Part shown: piece by piece, positions 19,542 to 29,184 of the stretch | Layout of the letters: every line of letters begins with the position of its first letter | Numbering within the stretch: position 1 is the stretch's first letter | Source: an uncultured Candidatus Bathyarchaeia archaeon | GTDB lineage: Archaea > Thermoproteota > Bathyarchaeia > 40CM-2-53-6 > RBG-13-38-9 | DNA: 64,000 nt | Direction: 5' to 3' | NCBI GenBank assembly: GCA_964480955.1 | Contig: CAYZRW010000011.1 | Coordinates: 1,653-65,652, forward strand | The notes under the pieces: generated by a model | Seen by the model: only the letters and a program-made list of their open reading frames with translations | Databases searched by the model: none | What the model was told of the DNA's origin: nothing | Position numbers and translations under genes: made by a program

Positions 19542-20099
19542 TTGATGTATGAAGTTAGATGGCATGGTAGAGCAGGCCAAGGGGTGATCACAGTCAGTCG
19601 ACTCCTAGGTTTGGCTGCCATGGTAGAAGGAAAGCACATACAGGCCTTTCCCGAATTTGGACCGGAAAGGATAGGCGCCCCGATGACGGGTTTTACTAGA
19701 ATCTCTGAAGAGCCGATTGAGATTCATAGTAAGATCTACAGTCCAGACGCCGTCATTGTTCTGGATCCAACCCTGTTCGCTTTTGTAGATGTCAGTGAGG
19801 GTTTGAAGAAAGACGGTAGCCTACTGGTTAACTCGACCAAACCTCCAAAGCAGATTCTGAATGAGCTTGGGCTTAGGGGTCCGTCATGTTTCTGTGTTGA
19901 CGCGACAAACATCTCCCTCAAGATTCTGAAGAGCTCTAGAGGCTTTAACACGGTTCTGCTTGGAGCCCTCACAAAATCAACTAATGTAGTCTCAATGAAC
20001 TCGATAAGGGAAGCTGTAAGGTCAAGATTCTCAGGAGAACTGCTTGAGAAGAACCTAGAGTTGTTGGAAAGCGGAAGTCGGGAGGTTGTTAGTGGTTGA
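19542..20099 (+). CDS. porC: Pyruvate/2-oxoacid:ferredoxin oxidoreductase gamma subunit
   Basis: EVRWHGRAGQG, AFPEFGPERIGAP, FNTVLLGA. Confidence 0.92.
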   Translation: MMYEVRWHGRAGQGVITVSRLLGLAAMVEGKHIQAFPEFGPERIGAPMTGFTRISEEPIEIHSKIYSPDAVIVLDPTLFAFVDVSEGLKKDGSLLVNSTKPPKQILNELGLRGPSCFCVDATNISLKILKSSRGFNTVLLGALTKSTNVVSMNSIREAVRSRFSGELLEKNLELLESGSREVVSG

Positions 20100-20434
20100 G
20101 TCAGAAGGAGAGCCTGAGCGAGAAGATGAAGCTCAGCTGGAGGGAGATGCCTATCGGAGGGGTCATGTTTGAGCCAGGCTCAACTGTTGAGTACAAGACA
20201 GGCGACTGGAGGGTAGACAAGAAACCCCTCATAGACCAAGACAAATGCATAAGATGCTTCATTTGTTGGGTTGTCTGTCCCGACGTCTCCATCAAGAGGG
20301 TGCCTAAACCATACAAGAAATACGTCGAGAGCGTCGAGCTAGACTACTACCACTGCAAAGGCTGCGGCATATGCGCCACTGAGTGTCCGGTAGACGCCAT
20401 TGAGATGGTGGAGGAATCGAAAGTTGTACCGTAA
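20096..20434 (+). CDS. porD: Pyruvate/2-oxoacid:ferredoxin oxidoreductase delta subunit
   Basis: KTGDWR, CIRCFICWVVCPD, YYHCKGCGICATECP. Confidence 0.92.
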   Translation: MSQKESLSEKMKLSWREMPIGGVMFEPGSTVEYKTGDWRVDKKPLIDQDKCIRCFICWVVCPDVSIKRVPKPYKKYVESVELDYYHCKGCGICATECPVDAIEMVEESKVVP

Positions 20435-21695
20435 GAGAGGGAAATTTACAAGTGAGGGGATAATTCCCTATTCTGGGGAAGGAACAACCGTAACGATTGA
20501 AGGGCCGACGGTCTGCACCCAGATAGGTTGCGCATATACCGGTGACGAGGCTGTTGCTTATGCGGCGAAACAGTGTAAGGTCGATGTTGTAGCAGCCTAT
20601 CCAATCACCCCCCAGACCATAATTGTGGAGAGGTTCAGCGACTACGTCGCAGACGGTGAAGTGGATACAAAGTATCTATACGCAGAGTCAGAACACTCAG
20701 CCATGTCAGCCTGCGCAGGGTCTAGTCTGGGTGGCGCGAGGGTGTTCACGGCAACTGCCAGTCAAGGTCTGGCCTTGATGCATGAGGTTCTCTATCTTGC
20801 CTCGGGCCTGAGATGCCCAATAGTCATGGCTGTAGTCAACAGAGCCCTCTCAGCACCAATCAATATACATGGAGACCACAGCGACATGATGGGCTCAAGA
20901 GACTGCGGCTGGATTCAGCTTTATGCTGAGAACGCCCAAGAATCTTACGACTTGACAATTCAAGCCTTCAAGATAGCTGAGGATAAGACTGTTCAACTCC
21001 CTGTAGCCGTCAATCTTGACGGCTTCACTGTTTCACACGCAACAGAGAGCATGAGGGCAATCGCTGACGAGGATGTTGACAGATTCCTTCCTCGTAGAAA
21101 AGCCGTCTTCAAGTTGGATCCGACATCACCGATATCTGTCGGTGGGATGGCGTTACCAGAGTATTATTATGAGATCAAGCGTCAGCAGGAGGAGGCTCTC
21201 CACCTGTCAAAGGATGTAGTCAACAGAGTCGGGAAGGAGTATGGAGAATTGACTGGGAGAAGATATGGCTTCATGGAGACTTATAGTCTCAAAGATGCTG
21301 ACGCAGCAATAGTGTGCCTGGGAAGCACAAGTGGGACAGTCCGTTCAGTGGCAAAGCAGCTCAGGGCCAAGGGCAAGAGGGTTGGCTCCATCAAGCTTTG
21401 GCTTTACAGACCATTCCCGACAGAGGAGTTCCTCTCTGCGGTGGAGGGTTTGAAGGCATTGACCGTCATGGATAGGGCCATAAGCTTCGGCGCTCCCTAC
21501 GGCGCGCTCTGCAGTGACGTCTCATCAACACTGCAGAATACCGGGAGTGAAATCAAGGTCCTCAACATGATATATGGACTTGGGGGGAGGGACACACCAC
21601 CCTCAACGATTCAGCAGGCCTTCGAGGATACGCTTCAGGTTGCGAAGACTGGTGAGGTAAAAGAGAGAATCAAGTTTCTGGATGTGAGAGAATAA
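20424..21695 (+). CDS. porA: Pyruvate/2-oxoacid:ferredoxin oxidoreductase alpha subunit (start uncertain)
   Basis: AAYPITPQT, ESEHSAMSAC, TATASQGL, HGDHSD; only in-frame canonical starts upstream of the core are TTG 20400/20424. Confidence 0.9.
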   Translation: MYRKRGKFTSEGIIPYSGEGTTVTIEGPTVCTQIGCAYTGDEAVAYAAKQCKVDVVAAYPITPQTIIVERFSDYVADGEVDTKYLYAESEHSAMSACAGSSLGGARVFTATASQGLALMHEVLYLASGLRCPIVMAVVNRALSAPINIHGDHSDMMGSRDCGWIQLYAENAQESYDLTIQAFKIAEDKTVQLPVAVNLDGFTVSHATESMRAIADEDVDRFLPRRKAVFKLDPTSPISVGGMALPEYYYEIKRQQEEALHLSKDVVNRVGKEYGELTGRRYGFMETYSLKDADAAIVCLGSTSGTVRSVAKQLRAKGKRVGSIKLWLYRPFPTEEFLSAVEGLKALTVMDRAISFGAPYGALCSDVSSTLQNTGSEIKVLNMIYGLGGRDTPPSTIQQAFEDTLQVAKTGEVKERIKFLDVRE

Positions 21696-22621
21696 TGGTA
21701 GCACTCAAAGATCTTTCGACAGATGAGCTGTACGCTCCAGGACATAGGCTCTGCGCGGGATGCGGCCCATCAATATCAGTTAGGATGGCGCTGAAAGCAA
21801 CCAGAGGGCCAACAGTAGTCGTCAACGCAACAGGCTGCATAGAAGTCTCAACCACCATCTTCCCCTACACTGCCTGGAGGATCCCGTGGGTACACACCCT
21901 CTTCGAGAATGCAGCCGCGGTTGCAGGCGGTCTAGAGTACGCCTATGAAGCATTGGAGAAGCAAGGTGAAAGAAAGGGTAAGGTTGACATCGTCGCCTTG
22001 GGAGGAGATGGGGGTACATTCGACATAGGTATTCAAGCCCTCTCTGGAATGCTTGAGAGGGGTCACGATATAGTCTACCTCTGTTATGATAATGAGGCCT
22101 ACATGAATACTGGAATACAACGTTCAGGAGCAACCCCGAGGGGGGCTGCGACAACGACGACTCCAGCTGGGAAGGTGATACCTGGAAAGAGGGGTAGGAA
22201 AAAGGATTTTGCAGCAATCTGCGCAGCACACGGAATAAGCTATACAGCAACAGCCTCGATAGGCTTCTTCAGCGACTACATCGACAAGATGAAGAAGGCG
22301 ATAGAGGTGGATGGGCCCGCAGTAATACATGTCTTGACTCCGTGTCCTCTTGGTTGGCGTTCAAACCCAGCGGACACGATAAAGCTGGCCAAGATGGCTG
22401 TGCAGACAGGACTTTTCCCAATATATGAGATAGTTGATGGAAGATACAAGCTGAGCCTCAAGCCTGGCAAGCTCGTGCCTATTGAAGAGTACTTTAAGCT
22501 GCAGGGAAGATTCAGCCACCTCTTGAAACCTGAATTCAAAGATGAACTTGAGGCGATAAAGAGGGAGGTTGAGGACAACTATAGAAGAATCCTGAGTCTT
22601 GCAGGTGAGCAGGTTGCTTGA
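21695..22621 (+). CDS. porB: Pyruvate/2-oxoacid:ferredoxin oxidoreductase beta subunit
   Basis: GHRLCAGCG, TPP motif GGDGGTFDIG...YDNEAYMNTGIQRS, TPCPLGW. Confidence 0.93.
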   Translation: MVALKDLSTDELYAPGHRLCAGCGPSISVRMALKATRGPTVVVNATGCIEVSTTIFPYTAWRIPWVHTLFENAAAVAGGLEYAYEALEKQGERKGKVDIVALGGDGGTFDIGIQALSGMLERGHDIVYLCYDNEAYMNTGIQRSGATPRGAATTTTPAGKVIPGKRGRKKDFAAICAAHGISYTATASIGFFSDYIDKMKKAIEVDGPAVIHVLTPCPLGWRSNPADTIKLAKMAVQTGLFPIYEIVDGRYKLSLKPGKLVPIEEYFKLQGRFSHLLKPEFKDELEAIKREVEDNYRRILSLAGEQVA

Positions 22622-22700
22622 CCTCTGCAGGCCACCAGACATGTTAAATAGCACATGAAAGATCCTAGGAGACCTCAACTGTCAGGATCGTGATTCGAGT

Positions 22701-23123
22701 TTGGGATTGATCAATTGGAGTCGCGCATCAAGCCCCTGGTTGGTCCATCTCAACACAGGCGGCTGCAACGCGTGCGATATAGAAGTTCTTGCTACACTCG
22801 ACCCCCGTTTCGACATAGAGCGTTTCGGAGCCCTCCTAAAGGGCAGTCCGCGACATGCAGACGTCCTAGTAGTCACAGGTCCAGTGAACAGGCAGGTAAG
22901 AGACCGGTTGGTCAGGGTCTATGAGCAGATGGCTGAGCCCAAATTTGTCGTCTCAATCGGAAACTGCTGCAACAGCGGAGGAGTATACAGGGGATGTTAT
23001 AATGTCTATCCTGGACTTGACACAGTCATACCTGTCGACGCTTACGTCTACGGTTGTCCTCCAAAGCCAGAAGCTATCTTGCAGGCTGTAGCTGCCCTAC
23101 AAGCAAAAATCAGAGGTGGGTAA
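22701..23123 (+). CDS. Group 4 [NiFe]-hydrogenase small subunit (EchC/MbhJ/NuoB-like)
   Basis: GGCNACDIE, SPRHADVLVVTG, GNC, YGCPP. Confidence 0.88.
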   Translation: MGLINWSRASSPWLVHLNTGGCNACDIEVLATLDPRFDIERFGALLKGSPRHADVLVVTGPVNRQVRDRLVRVYEQMAEPKFVVSIGNCCNSGGVYRGCYNVYPGLDTVIPVDAYVYGCPPKPEAILQAVAALQAKIRGG

Positions 23124-23128
23124 ACTTC

Positions 23129-23602
23129 ATGTCTTCAGGAGCTGAAGAGTCCATCGCGAGTGAGATGAAGAATCTGCTCGGTGAGCTTCTTGAGGTTAAG
23201 ATACCGAGACCCAGAAGGCTCCACATAAAAGTGAAACCTGAAGATTACAAGCGAGCCGCCAAACATCTAGTTGAGAGTATAGGTTTGAACCATGTTTCAA
23301 CAATCACAGCTGCAGACACAGGTAAAGAGATGGATGTGATGACCTTCCTCTTCGGAAGGGGTGTGGAGGTTATGTTGAAGGCGGCTGTTCCAAAGACAGA
23401 CCCCAAGATCCCGACGCTCACGGACATAGTTCCAGGAGTAATGTTCTATGAACGTGAGATTCACGACCTCTTCGGCATAGTGTTTGATGGACATCCAAAC
23501 CTTGAGAGGTTCATCCTTCCAGAGGATTGGCCTGAAGGTGAATATCCCCTAAGGAAAGAGTATAAGGTTACGAGGCTGAAAGGCCCCCGCGAGGTGGACT
23601 GA
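23129..23602 (+). CDS. NuoC/EchD/MbhK-like subunit
   Basis: FYEREIHDLFGIVFDGHPNL.RFILPEDWP...YPLRKE; ATG 23129. Confidence 0.88.
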   Translation: MSSGAEESIASEMKNLLGELLEVKIPRPRRLHIKVKPEDYKRAAKHLVESIGLNHVSTITAADTGKEMDVMTFLFGRGVEVMLKAAVPKTDPKIPTLTDIVPGVMFYEREIHDLFGIVFDGHPNLERFILPEDWPEGEYPLRKEYKVTRLKGPREVD

Positions 23603-23605
23603 CAG

Positions 23606-24826
23606 ATGTCTGTAACAACGTTCAAGGTTCCGGTTGGCCCCCAACACCCAGCCTTGAAGGAGCCTGAGAACTTCACATTCACTGTTGAGGGTGAAAGCAT
23701 AGTCAAGGCTGAGGTAAGAGTGGGATATGCCCACAAGGGCATAGAGAAGCTTATGGAATCGAAGACCTACCTCCAGAACATACCCTTAGTCGAGAGGATA
23801 TGTGGAATATGCAATACTGCACACACAATCTGCTACACACAGAACGTCGAGTATCTTTATGATAAGGCACCACCACGTAGAGCCGAGTACCTGAGAGTCC
23901 TAATAGAGGAGCTGAACAGGATCCACAGCCACCTACTCTGGCTTGGAGTAGTAGGCCACGAGGTTGGTTTCGACACCCTATTCATGTATGTGTGGCGCGA
24001 CCGTGAAATCATTCTAGACCTGATCGAGGCCCTGACCGGGAACAGGGTCTCCATGTCCTTCACAACAATAGGAGGAACCAGAAGAGACATCTCCCCCCAG
24101 ATTGAAAGCAAGATGCGTAAAGGCATGGACATCCTGGAGGAACGTACAGAATACTACAAGCGGACCGTTCCGGTTGACCCAACCATACTGGCAAGGTCGA
24201 AGGAGGTCGGCATACTCACTCCTGAGGAGGCTGTTCAACTCTGTGCCGTGGGGCCTATGCGGAGGGCCTCAACACTAAGGGATGACGTTAGAAGCGACGA
24301 CCCCTACGCAGCCCACGACGAGGTTCCCTTCAACGTCATCAGCTATGACACGTGCGACTTCTACGCCAGGATAATGGTCAGGGTTGACGAGACCTTGGAG
24401 GCGATCAACCAAGTGAGGTACTGCCTTGACCACATGCCCACGGGACCAATAAGGATCAGGCTTCCAAACACACCCCCCATCGCTGAGGCCGTCAGCAAAG
24501 TCGAGGCGCCCAGGGGTGAAGATATGCATTATGTGAGGTCAAACGGGACGGACAAACCCGCCAGATACAAGGTTCGAGCACCAACATTGGCGAATCTTGC
24601 CCCCCTCCTCCAGACCATGACCTCAAGGGGGAAGTATGAAGTCAACGTCGCCGATATTCCGGTTCTGCTCGCAGGGATAGACCCTTGCATGTGCTGTATG
24701 GACCGCTCGGTTAGGTTCGTTGAACCCTCCAAAGGTAAGACTTGGGTTTGGACGATGGAGCAGTTGAAGAAGTATACAAGAAAGTCGGTCAGGAGGCCTT
24801 TGAGCGGAAATGTCGCTGGCCGCTGA
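23606..24826 (+). CDS. Group 4 [NiFe]-hydrogenase large subunit
   Basis: L1 VERICGIC and L2 DPCMCCMDR, both Ni-binding CxxC intact; about 39-aa extension after the Arg. Confidence 0.9.
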   Translation: MSVTTFKVPVGPQHPALKEPENFTFTVEGESIVKAEVRVGYAHKGIEKLMESKTYLQNIPLVERICGICNTAHTICYTQNVEYLYDKAPPRRAEYLRVLIEELNRIHSHLLWLGVVGHEVGFDTLFMYVWRDREIILDLIEALTGNRVSMSFTTIGGTRRDISPQIESKMRKGMDILEERTEYYKRTVPVDPTILARSKEVGILTPEEAVQLCAVGPMRRASTLRDDVRSDDPYAAHDEVPFNVISYDTCDFYARIMVRVDETLEAINQVRYCLDHMPTGPIRIRLPNTPPIAEAVSKVEAPRGEDMHYVRSNGTDKPARYKVRAPTLANLAPLLQTMTSRGKYEVNVADIPVLLAGIDPCMCCMDRSVRFVEPSKGKTWVWTMEQLKKYTRKSVRRPLSGNVAGR

Positions 24827-25148
24827 ACTCTTCAGAAACCTCGTGAAGGGCAGAGCAACCATCCTCTACCCATTCAAGGATAGGGAGAAGGTTCACGTCC
24901 CAGAAGGATTAAGGGGCAAGCTGGCCTACTACAGGGAACGCTGCATCGGATGCAGTATGTGCTTTAGGGTATGCCCCTCAGAGACTGTTGAGATGATCGA
25001 GGACGCACGCGGCAAGAGACCGAGATTCTACCTCGACCGCTGCACCCACTGCCAGCAGTGTGAAGACGTCTGCCCAACAAAGGCTATAGAGCTCACAAAG
25101 CAGTTCGAGAATCTCGGGTTCAACCGTAAAGAGATGATCTTGGAATAG
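24810..25148 (+). CDS. NuoI/EchF/MbhN-like 2x[4Fe-4S] subunit
   Basis: T..YPF...GLRGK, CIGCSMCFRVCP, CTHCQQCEDVCPTKAI. Confidence 0.88.
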   Translation: MSLAAELFRNLVKGRATILYPFKDREKVHVPEGLRGKLAYYRERCIGCSMCFRVCPSETVEMIEDARGKRPRFYLDRCTHCQQCEDVCPTKAIELTKQFENLGFNRKEMILE

Positions 25149-25192
25149 ACCACCTTAACTCCAGGCCTCTCTTCGGCAACTTCAAAGCGCAA

Positions 25193-25397
25193 CTATAGAA
25201 ACCTCATCTGTTCGACCTGGCAGATCGGGATGTTCAATCCCAACCAAGGTTTCTTGTCAAGAACCCAACTGTAATACGCATCTCCTGCAATGAAGATCTT
25301 GTGCGTGTCGAGTTCGACGATGAATCTCGCGAGTCTAGTTGCATTATGGAGATTATCCGTCAAACGACATATATGTCACATCGATGTCTGGGTTCAT
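25193..25397 (-). pseudogene. Possible metallo-beta-lactamase-fold fragment
   Basis: Manual translation RFIVELDTHKIFIAGDAYYS resembles the MBL beta-strand + GD motif; frame broken upstream. Confidence 0.3.
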
Positions 25398-25406
25398 AGG
25401 TAAGAG

Positions 25407-25961
25407 ATGGAGAGAGGCGTCCCCGCAATCAGTGTTGGCATCTTGCTAATTCTTGCAGCCGCAGGTGTTGCTGTGGGTCTGCCTGAGCCCAAACTCGTAA
25501 CCAGCATCACAAAGAACGATGTGTATTCGCTGGGTGAGATAACAAAGCAGAATTGGTATGGCCTCGGCTACCTCAAGTCTGGCGACTTCATCAGAGGTGA
25601 GCTGAAGGTAGACGAGTACCATGCAGGAGGATATCTGAACCTGTCAGTGGACCTCTACAGTGGGGAAATAACGGTCGCCTCGAAGCTGGAGACATATGGC
25701 CGAATAACTGGAGTCGGCACGGTTGGCTTCAAGTATGATGTTGCTTCCGACGGTAGCTACTGGCTTGTGGTCTATGGGGAGATGGGTGGAGGAGCTAAGT
25801 ATGACTTGGCTGTCCAGTCGTTCGATGGACCGCAACCTTCGAGGTTATCATATGTTGTTCTTGGCGCGGGTACAGTTGTTACTCTGGTTGGTGTCTATCT
25901 GTATCTGAAAGAATCCTTGAGGAGAAGACGTCGATTGATTGAAGAGATGTTGGGGGTCTAG
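25407..25961 (+). CDS. Hypothetical membrane-anchored exported protein
   Basis: N-terminal signal/TM, beta-rich middle, C-terminal TM + RRRRR. Confidence 0.6.
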   Translation: MERGVPAISVGILLILAAAGVAVGLPEPKLVTSITKNDVYSLGEITKQNWYGLGYLKSGDFIRGELKVDEYHAGGYLNLSVDLYSGEITVASKLETYGRITGVGTVGFKYDVASDGSYWLVVYGEMGGGAKYDLAVQSFDGPQPSRLSYVVLGAGTVVTLVGVYLYLKESLRRRRRLIEEMLGV

Positions 25962-25971
25962 TCTTCAAGCC

Positions 25972-27063
25972 ATGGCAAGCGTCACTTTGAAGCATATCTC
26001 CAAGAGCTACGGGACGGTTAGGGCTCTGGATGACGTGAGTCTCTCAGTGGGGGATGGCGAGTTCCTCACACTGCTTGGGCCCTCAGGGTGTGGTAAGACG
26101 ACGACGTTAAGGATCGTCGCTGGACTGGAGACGCCGACTTCTGGTGAAGTATACATCAATGATCAGCCTGTGAACGGGTTGCCTCCACGGGAGCGGGATG
26201 TGGCCTTCGTATTCCAGAGCTTCGCTCTCTACCCTCATATGACTGTGTACGAGAACATCTGGTTTCCACTCAAGATTCGTGGTGAATCGCTAATGGGGAG
26301 AATAGCCAGAACCAAGGAGGTTGCGAAGTTGCTTGGAATAGAGGGGTTGCTGAAGAGAAGGCCCAGGGAACTCAGCGGAGGCGAGCAGCAACGTGTTGCT
26401 TTGGCGCGAGCCATCATAAGGAAACCTAAAGTCTTCTTGATGGATGAACCCCTCTCAAACCTCGACGCTAAACTGAGAGTGCAGATGCGGGTTGAACTTG
26501 TGAGGCTGCAGAAGGAGCTGGTGACCACATTGATCTATGTCACACACGACCAGGTCGAGGCCATGGCCATGGCTGAGAGAATCGCCGTGATGAACGCCGG
26601 AAAGATACTTCAGGTCGACGTACCCCAGAAGGTCTACAATGACCCTCAAGATACCTTCGTCGCAGGCTTCGTTGGAAGCCCACCAATGAACCTCATCAAC
26701 GCCTCTTACATCAGAAGGGAGGGCGCCGTATGTCTCGACACTGGTTACTTCAAGTTGGATATTTCCCCACTGGCGGGCGCAATTGAAGAAGGGGCGTCTT
26801 CTTCAGAGCTCATTCTGGGGGTCAGGCCTGAGGATGTCAAGGTCCTTCCAGAACCCCCTTTGGAAGAGAGTATTTGCGGCGAGGTCTACGCCGTGGAGTC
26901 TTTGGGGTCGGAAGTCATAGTCTCCGTCAAGTTGGGAGACTTCTTGATCAAGGCGAAACAGAGTCCAGACTTTAAATCCTCAATGAGAGATAGGGTGTAC
27001 CTCATCCTTGACAAGAAGAAGATTCATCTCTTCGATAGGAAGAGTGCGAAACTCATAGTCTAG
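25972..27063 (+). CDS. Sugar ABC transporter ATP-binding protein (MalK-like)
   Basis: GPSGCGKTT, LSGGEQQR, MDEPLSNLD, YVTHDQ, TOBE C-terminus; ATG 25972. Confidence 0.93.
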   Translation: MASVTLKHISKSYGTVRALDDVSLSVGDGEFLTLLGPSGCGKTTTLRIVAGLETPTSGEVYINDQPVNGLPPRERDVAFVFQSFALYPHMTVYENIWFPLKIRGESLMGRIARTKEVAKLLGIEGLLKRRPRELSGGEQQRVALARAIIRKPKVFLMDEPLSNLDAKLRVQMRVELVRLQKELVTTLIYVTHDQVEAMAMAERIAVMNAGKILQVDVPQKVYNDPQDTFVAGFVGSPPMNLINASYIRREGAVCLDTGYFKLDISPLAGAIEEGASSSELILGVRPEDVKVLPEPPLEESICGEVYAVESLGSEVIVSVKLGDFLIKAKQSPDFKSSMRDRVYLILDKKKIHLFDRKSAKLIV

Positions 27064-27075
27064 GTCGGCTCCTCG

Positions 27076-27990
27076 GTGGATGGGAAGTCTTCTATAGATA
27101 AGGTCCGAAGGTCGAGGTTCCAACCATACTTCTTCATTCTTCCAGCGGTGGTTACTGTTCTGCTGGTCGAGGTCTATCCTCTCCTCTATACTCTCTACCT
27201 CAGTTTCACATCGCTTGGAATGCGTTCCCTTCAGGCCCAATTCATCGGGTTGGCGAACTATGGTAGGTTGCTCGGCGACAGAGAGTTCTGGGCTTCAATG
27301 CAGCTTTCCGTGATATTCGTGGTCTGCGCTATCTCCCTTGAGTTTCTCTTAGGAATACTTCTGGCTCTGAGTTTGAACACTAGGCTCAAGGGTAGGGTTT
27401 TCTTTGAGTCAATCCTTTTGATACCGATAGCTACCGCGCCTATAGCTGTAGGCATCCTCTTTGCTCCTTTAGGTTTCTTCGACGACTTCAATATTGCCTT
27501 GAGCCGTCTGGGCCTACCTCTAATAGACCTGCTGGAGCCTAAAACCATGATGACTGTTATGATACTTGCCGACGCGTGGGAGTGGACACCTTTCATTATG
27601 CTCGTGATGCTCAGCGCCCTACAGTCCATTCCGCGTGATGTTTTGGAGTCGGCTGAGGTCTTCGGCGCCTCAGACTTCCAGAAGCTGAGGCTCATCGTCT
27701 TACCCATGCTTCTTAGGTCGCCAGTAACCGCTTTCCTCTTAATGATCAGGATCATAGACGCCTTCAAGATGTTCGAGATATCCTTCAGCCTCTCAAGCTG
27801 GGTAGGCCTGAGGGGTCTGCAGTTTGCCATTGACACGGTCACTATGTACATGTACAAACTCACCTTCAACCCTGTCTATGGCTGGCCGATGGGTTACGTC
27901 GCATCGATCTCCATCATACTACTGCTGGTCAGCATCACAGTGGCGGCGATAGCATTCAAAGCTGCAAGAAGGGTCTGGTGGATAGAATGA
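27076..27990 (+). CDS. Sugar ABC transporter permease (MalF-like)
   Basis: ADAWEWTPF, SIPRDVLESAEVFGA. Confidence 0.88.
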   Translation: MDGKSSIDKVRRSRFQPYFFILPAVVTVLLVEVYPLLYTLYLSFTSLGMRSLQAQFIGLANYGRLLGDREFWASMQLSVIFVVCAISLEFLLGILLALSLNTRLKGRVFFESILLIPIATAPIAVGILFAPLGFFDDFNIALSRLGLPLIDLLEPKTMMTVMILADAWEWTPFIMLVMLSALQSIPRDVLESAEVFGASDFQKLRLIVLPMLLRSPVTAFLLMIRIIDAFKMFEISFSLSSWVGLRGLQFAIDTVTMYMYKLTFNPVYGWPMGYVASISIILLLVSITVAAIAFKAARRVWWIE

Positions 27991-28856
27991 GTCTTGCACA
28001 GGAGCTTCTGAAGGGTGCTGCAGTAAGAGCAAAGTACCTCATACTGGGCTTGGCCTCGGCCGCCATTCTCTATCCAGTAACGATAATGGTGCTAGAATCT
28101 TTCGACATAGACCTCGGCTGGATCTTTGCATACGACCCGAGCCACCCTCCACCAACCTACCTCAACCCTACCTTGAGGATCTATGAGTTGGCTTTGGGGT
28201 GGCGGGGATTTCCGTGGCTGATGTGGAACAGCTCACTGGTAGCTCTTTTCACAATCGCAATCTCAATGTTGGTTGGTGTCCCGGCAGGATACGGCTTCTC
28301 AAGGTTCAGGTTCAGGGGCCGCGACTCACTGGGCTTTGCAGTATTTGCACTCAGGATGATACCGCCCTTCGCCGTTCTTGTTCCATTCTACATAGTCTAT
28401 AATCGTGTTGGGCTCTATGATACGCATCTAGGGCTATCCCTAACGTATGTCGTATTGAATCTCCCAATAGTCGTCTGGTTGATGAGGGGTTTCTTCTCCG
28501 ATATTCCAAGAGACCTCCAGGATGCGGCTGAAGTTGACGGCTGCACAAGCTGGCAGCTCTTGAAGGAGATAGCAGTTCCCCTGGTTGTTCCGGGGCTTGT
28601 CTCGACCGCTCTGCTTGTCTTTTTCTTATGCTGGAACGAGTATCTCTTCGCCCTGATACTTACAGGAGCCGTAAAGACAATCTCTAGAGGTATATGGGAA
28701 GGGATGAGTGAGGCTGAGGAGACCGCTATACCATATGTTGCAGATTGGGACGAGATAGCGGTTGGAGGAACCTTGGGCATAATCCCGAGTCTGATACTGG
28801 CTCTGGTCATCAAGAGATATCTCGTTAGGGGACTGACCCTTTCAGTTGCTAGGTAA
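27987..28856 (+). CDS. Sugar ABC transporter permease (MalG-like)
   Basis: DIPRDLQDAAEVDGC, CWNEYLFAL. Confidence 0.88.
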   Translation: MSLAQELLKGAAVRAKYLILGLASAAILYPVTIMVLESFDIDLGWIFAYDPSHPPPTYLNPTLRIYELALGWRGFPWLMWNSSLVALFTIAISMLVGVPAGYGFSRFRFRGRDSLGFAVFALRMIPPFAVLVPFYIVYNRVGLYDTHLGLSLTYVVLNLPIVVWLMRGFFSDIPRDLQDAAEVDGCTSWQLLKEIAVPLVVPGLVSTALLVFFLCWNEYLFALILTGAVKTISRGIWEGMSEAEETAIPYVADWDEIAVGGTLGIIPSLILALVIKRYLVRGLTLSVAR

Positions 28857-29142
28857 CCTTGTCGGCCGAGCCCCGAGCAGGCAATTCATGGAGAGTGTAG
28901 AATCAGTGGCAAGGTCAGTTGGAGGTGTTCTGAGCGTCCATGATTTGAGGGCCGAGTATGTAGGGCCCGTTGTTGTTCACACGGGTTTCCACATAGAAGT
29001 GGCCAGAGGCACACCGATTGAAGAAGCTGACAGGATAGCGGAAGAGGTTGGAGAAAGAGTTTCCCGGGAGACGGGTTGTTAACACTGTGTGATTCACGTC
29101 GATCCAGCAAACAGCATAATTGAACAGAATGTTGAGAGTTGA
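28852..29142 (+). pseudogene. Cation diffusion facilitator C-terminal (ZT dimerisation) fragment
   Basis: NLVGRAPS...VLSVHDLRAEYVGP...HIEV...IEEADRIA...ETGC*HCVIHVDP; internal TAA at 29080-29082, no TM domain or proper start. Confidence 0.7.
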
Positions 29143-29184
29143 GATGTGCATACGGATGAGTCTCAACCTATTAGGAAAGGTTGC

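Noticed and set aside
27258-27869. 203-aa antisense ORF (and the many other overlapping short ORFs in the track)
   Set aside because: Antisense or alternate-frame shadows of well-supported genes, with no motifs.
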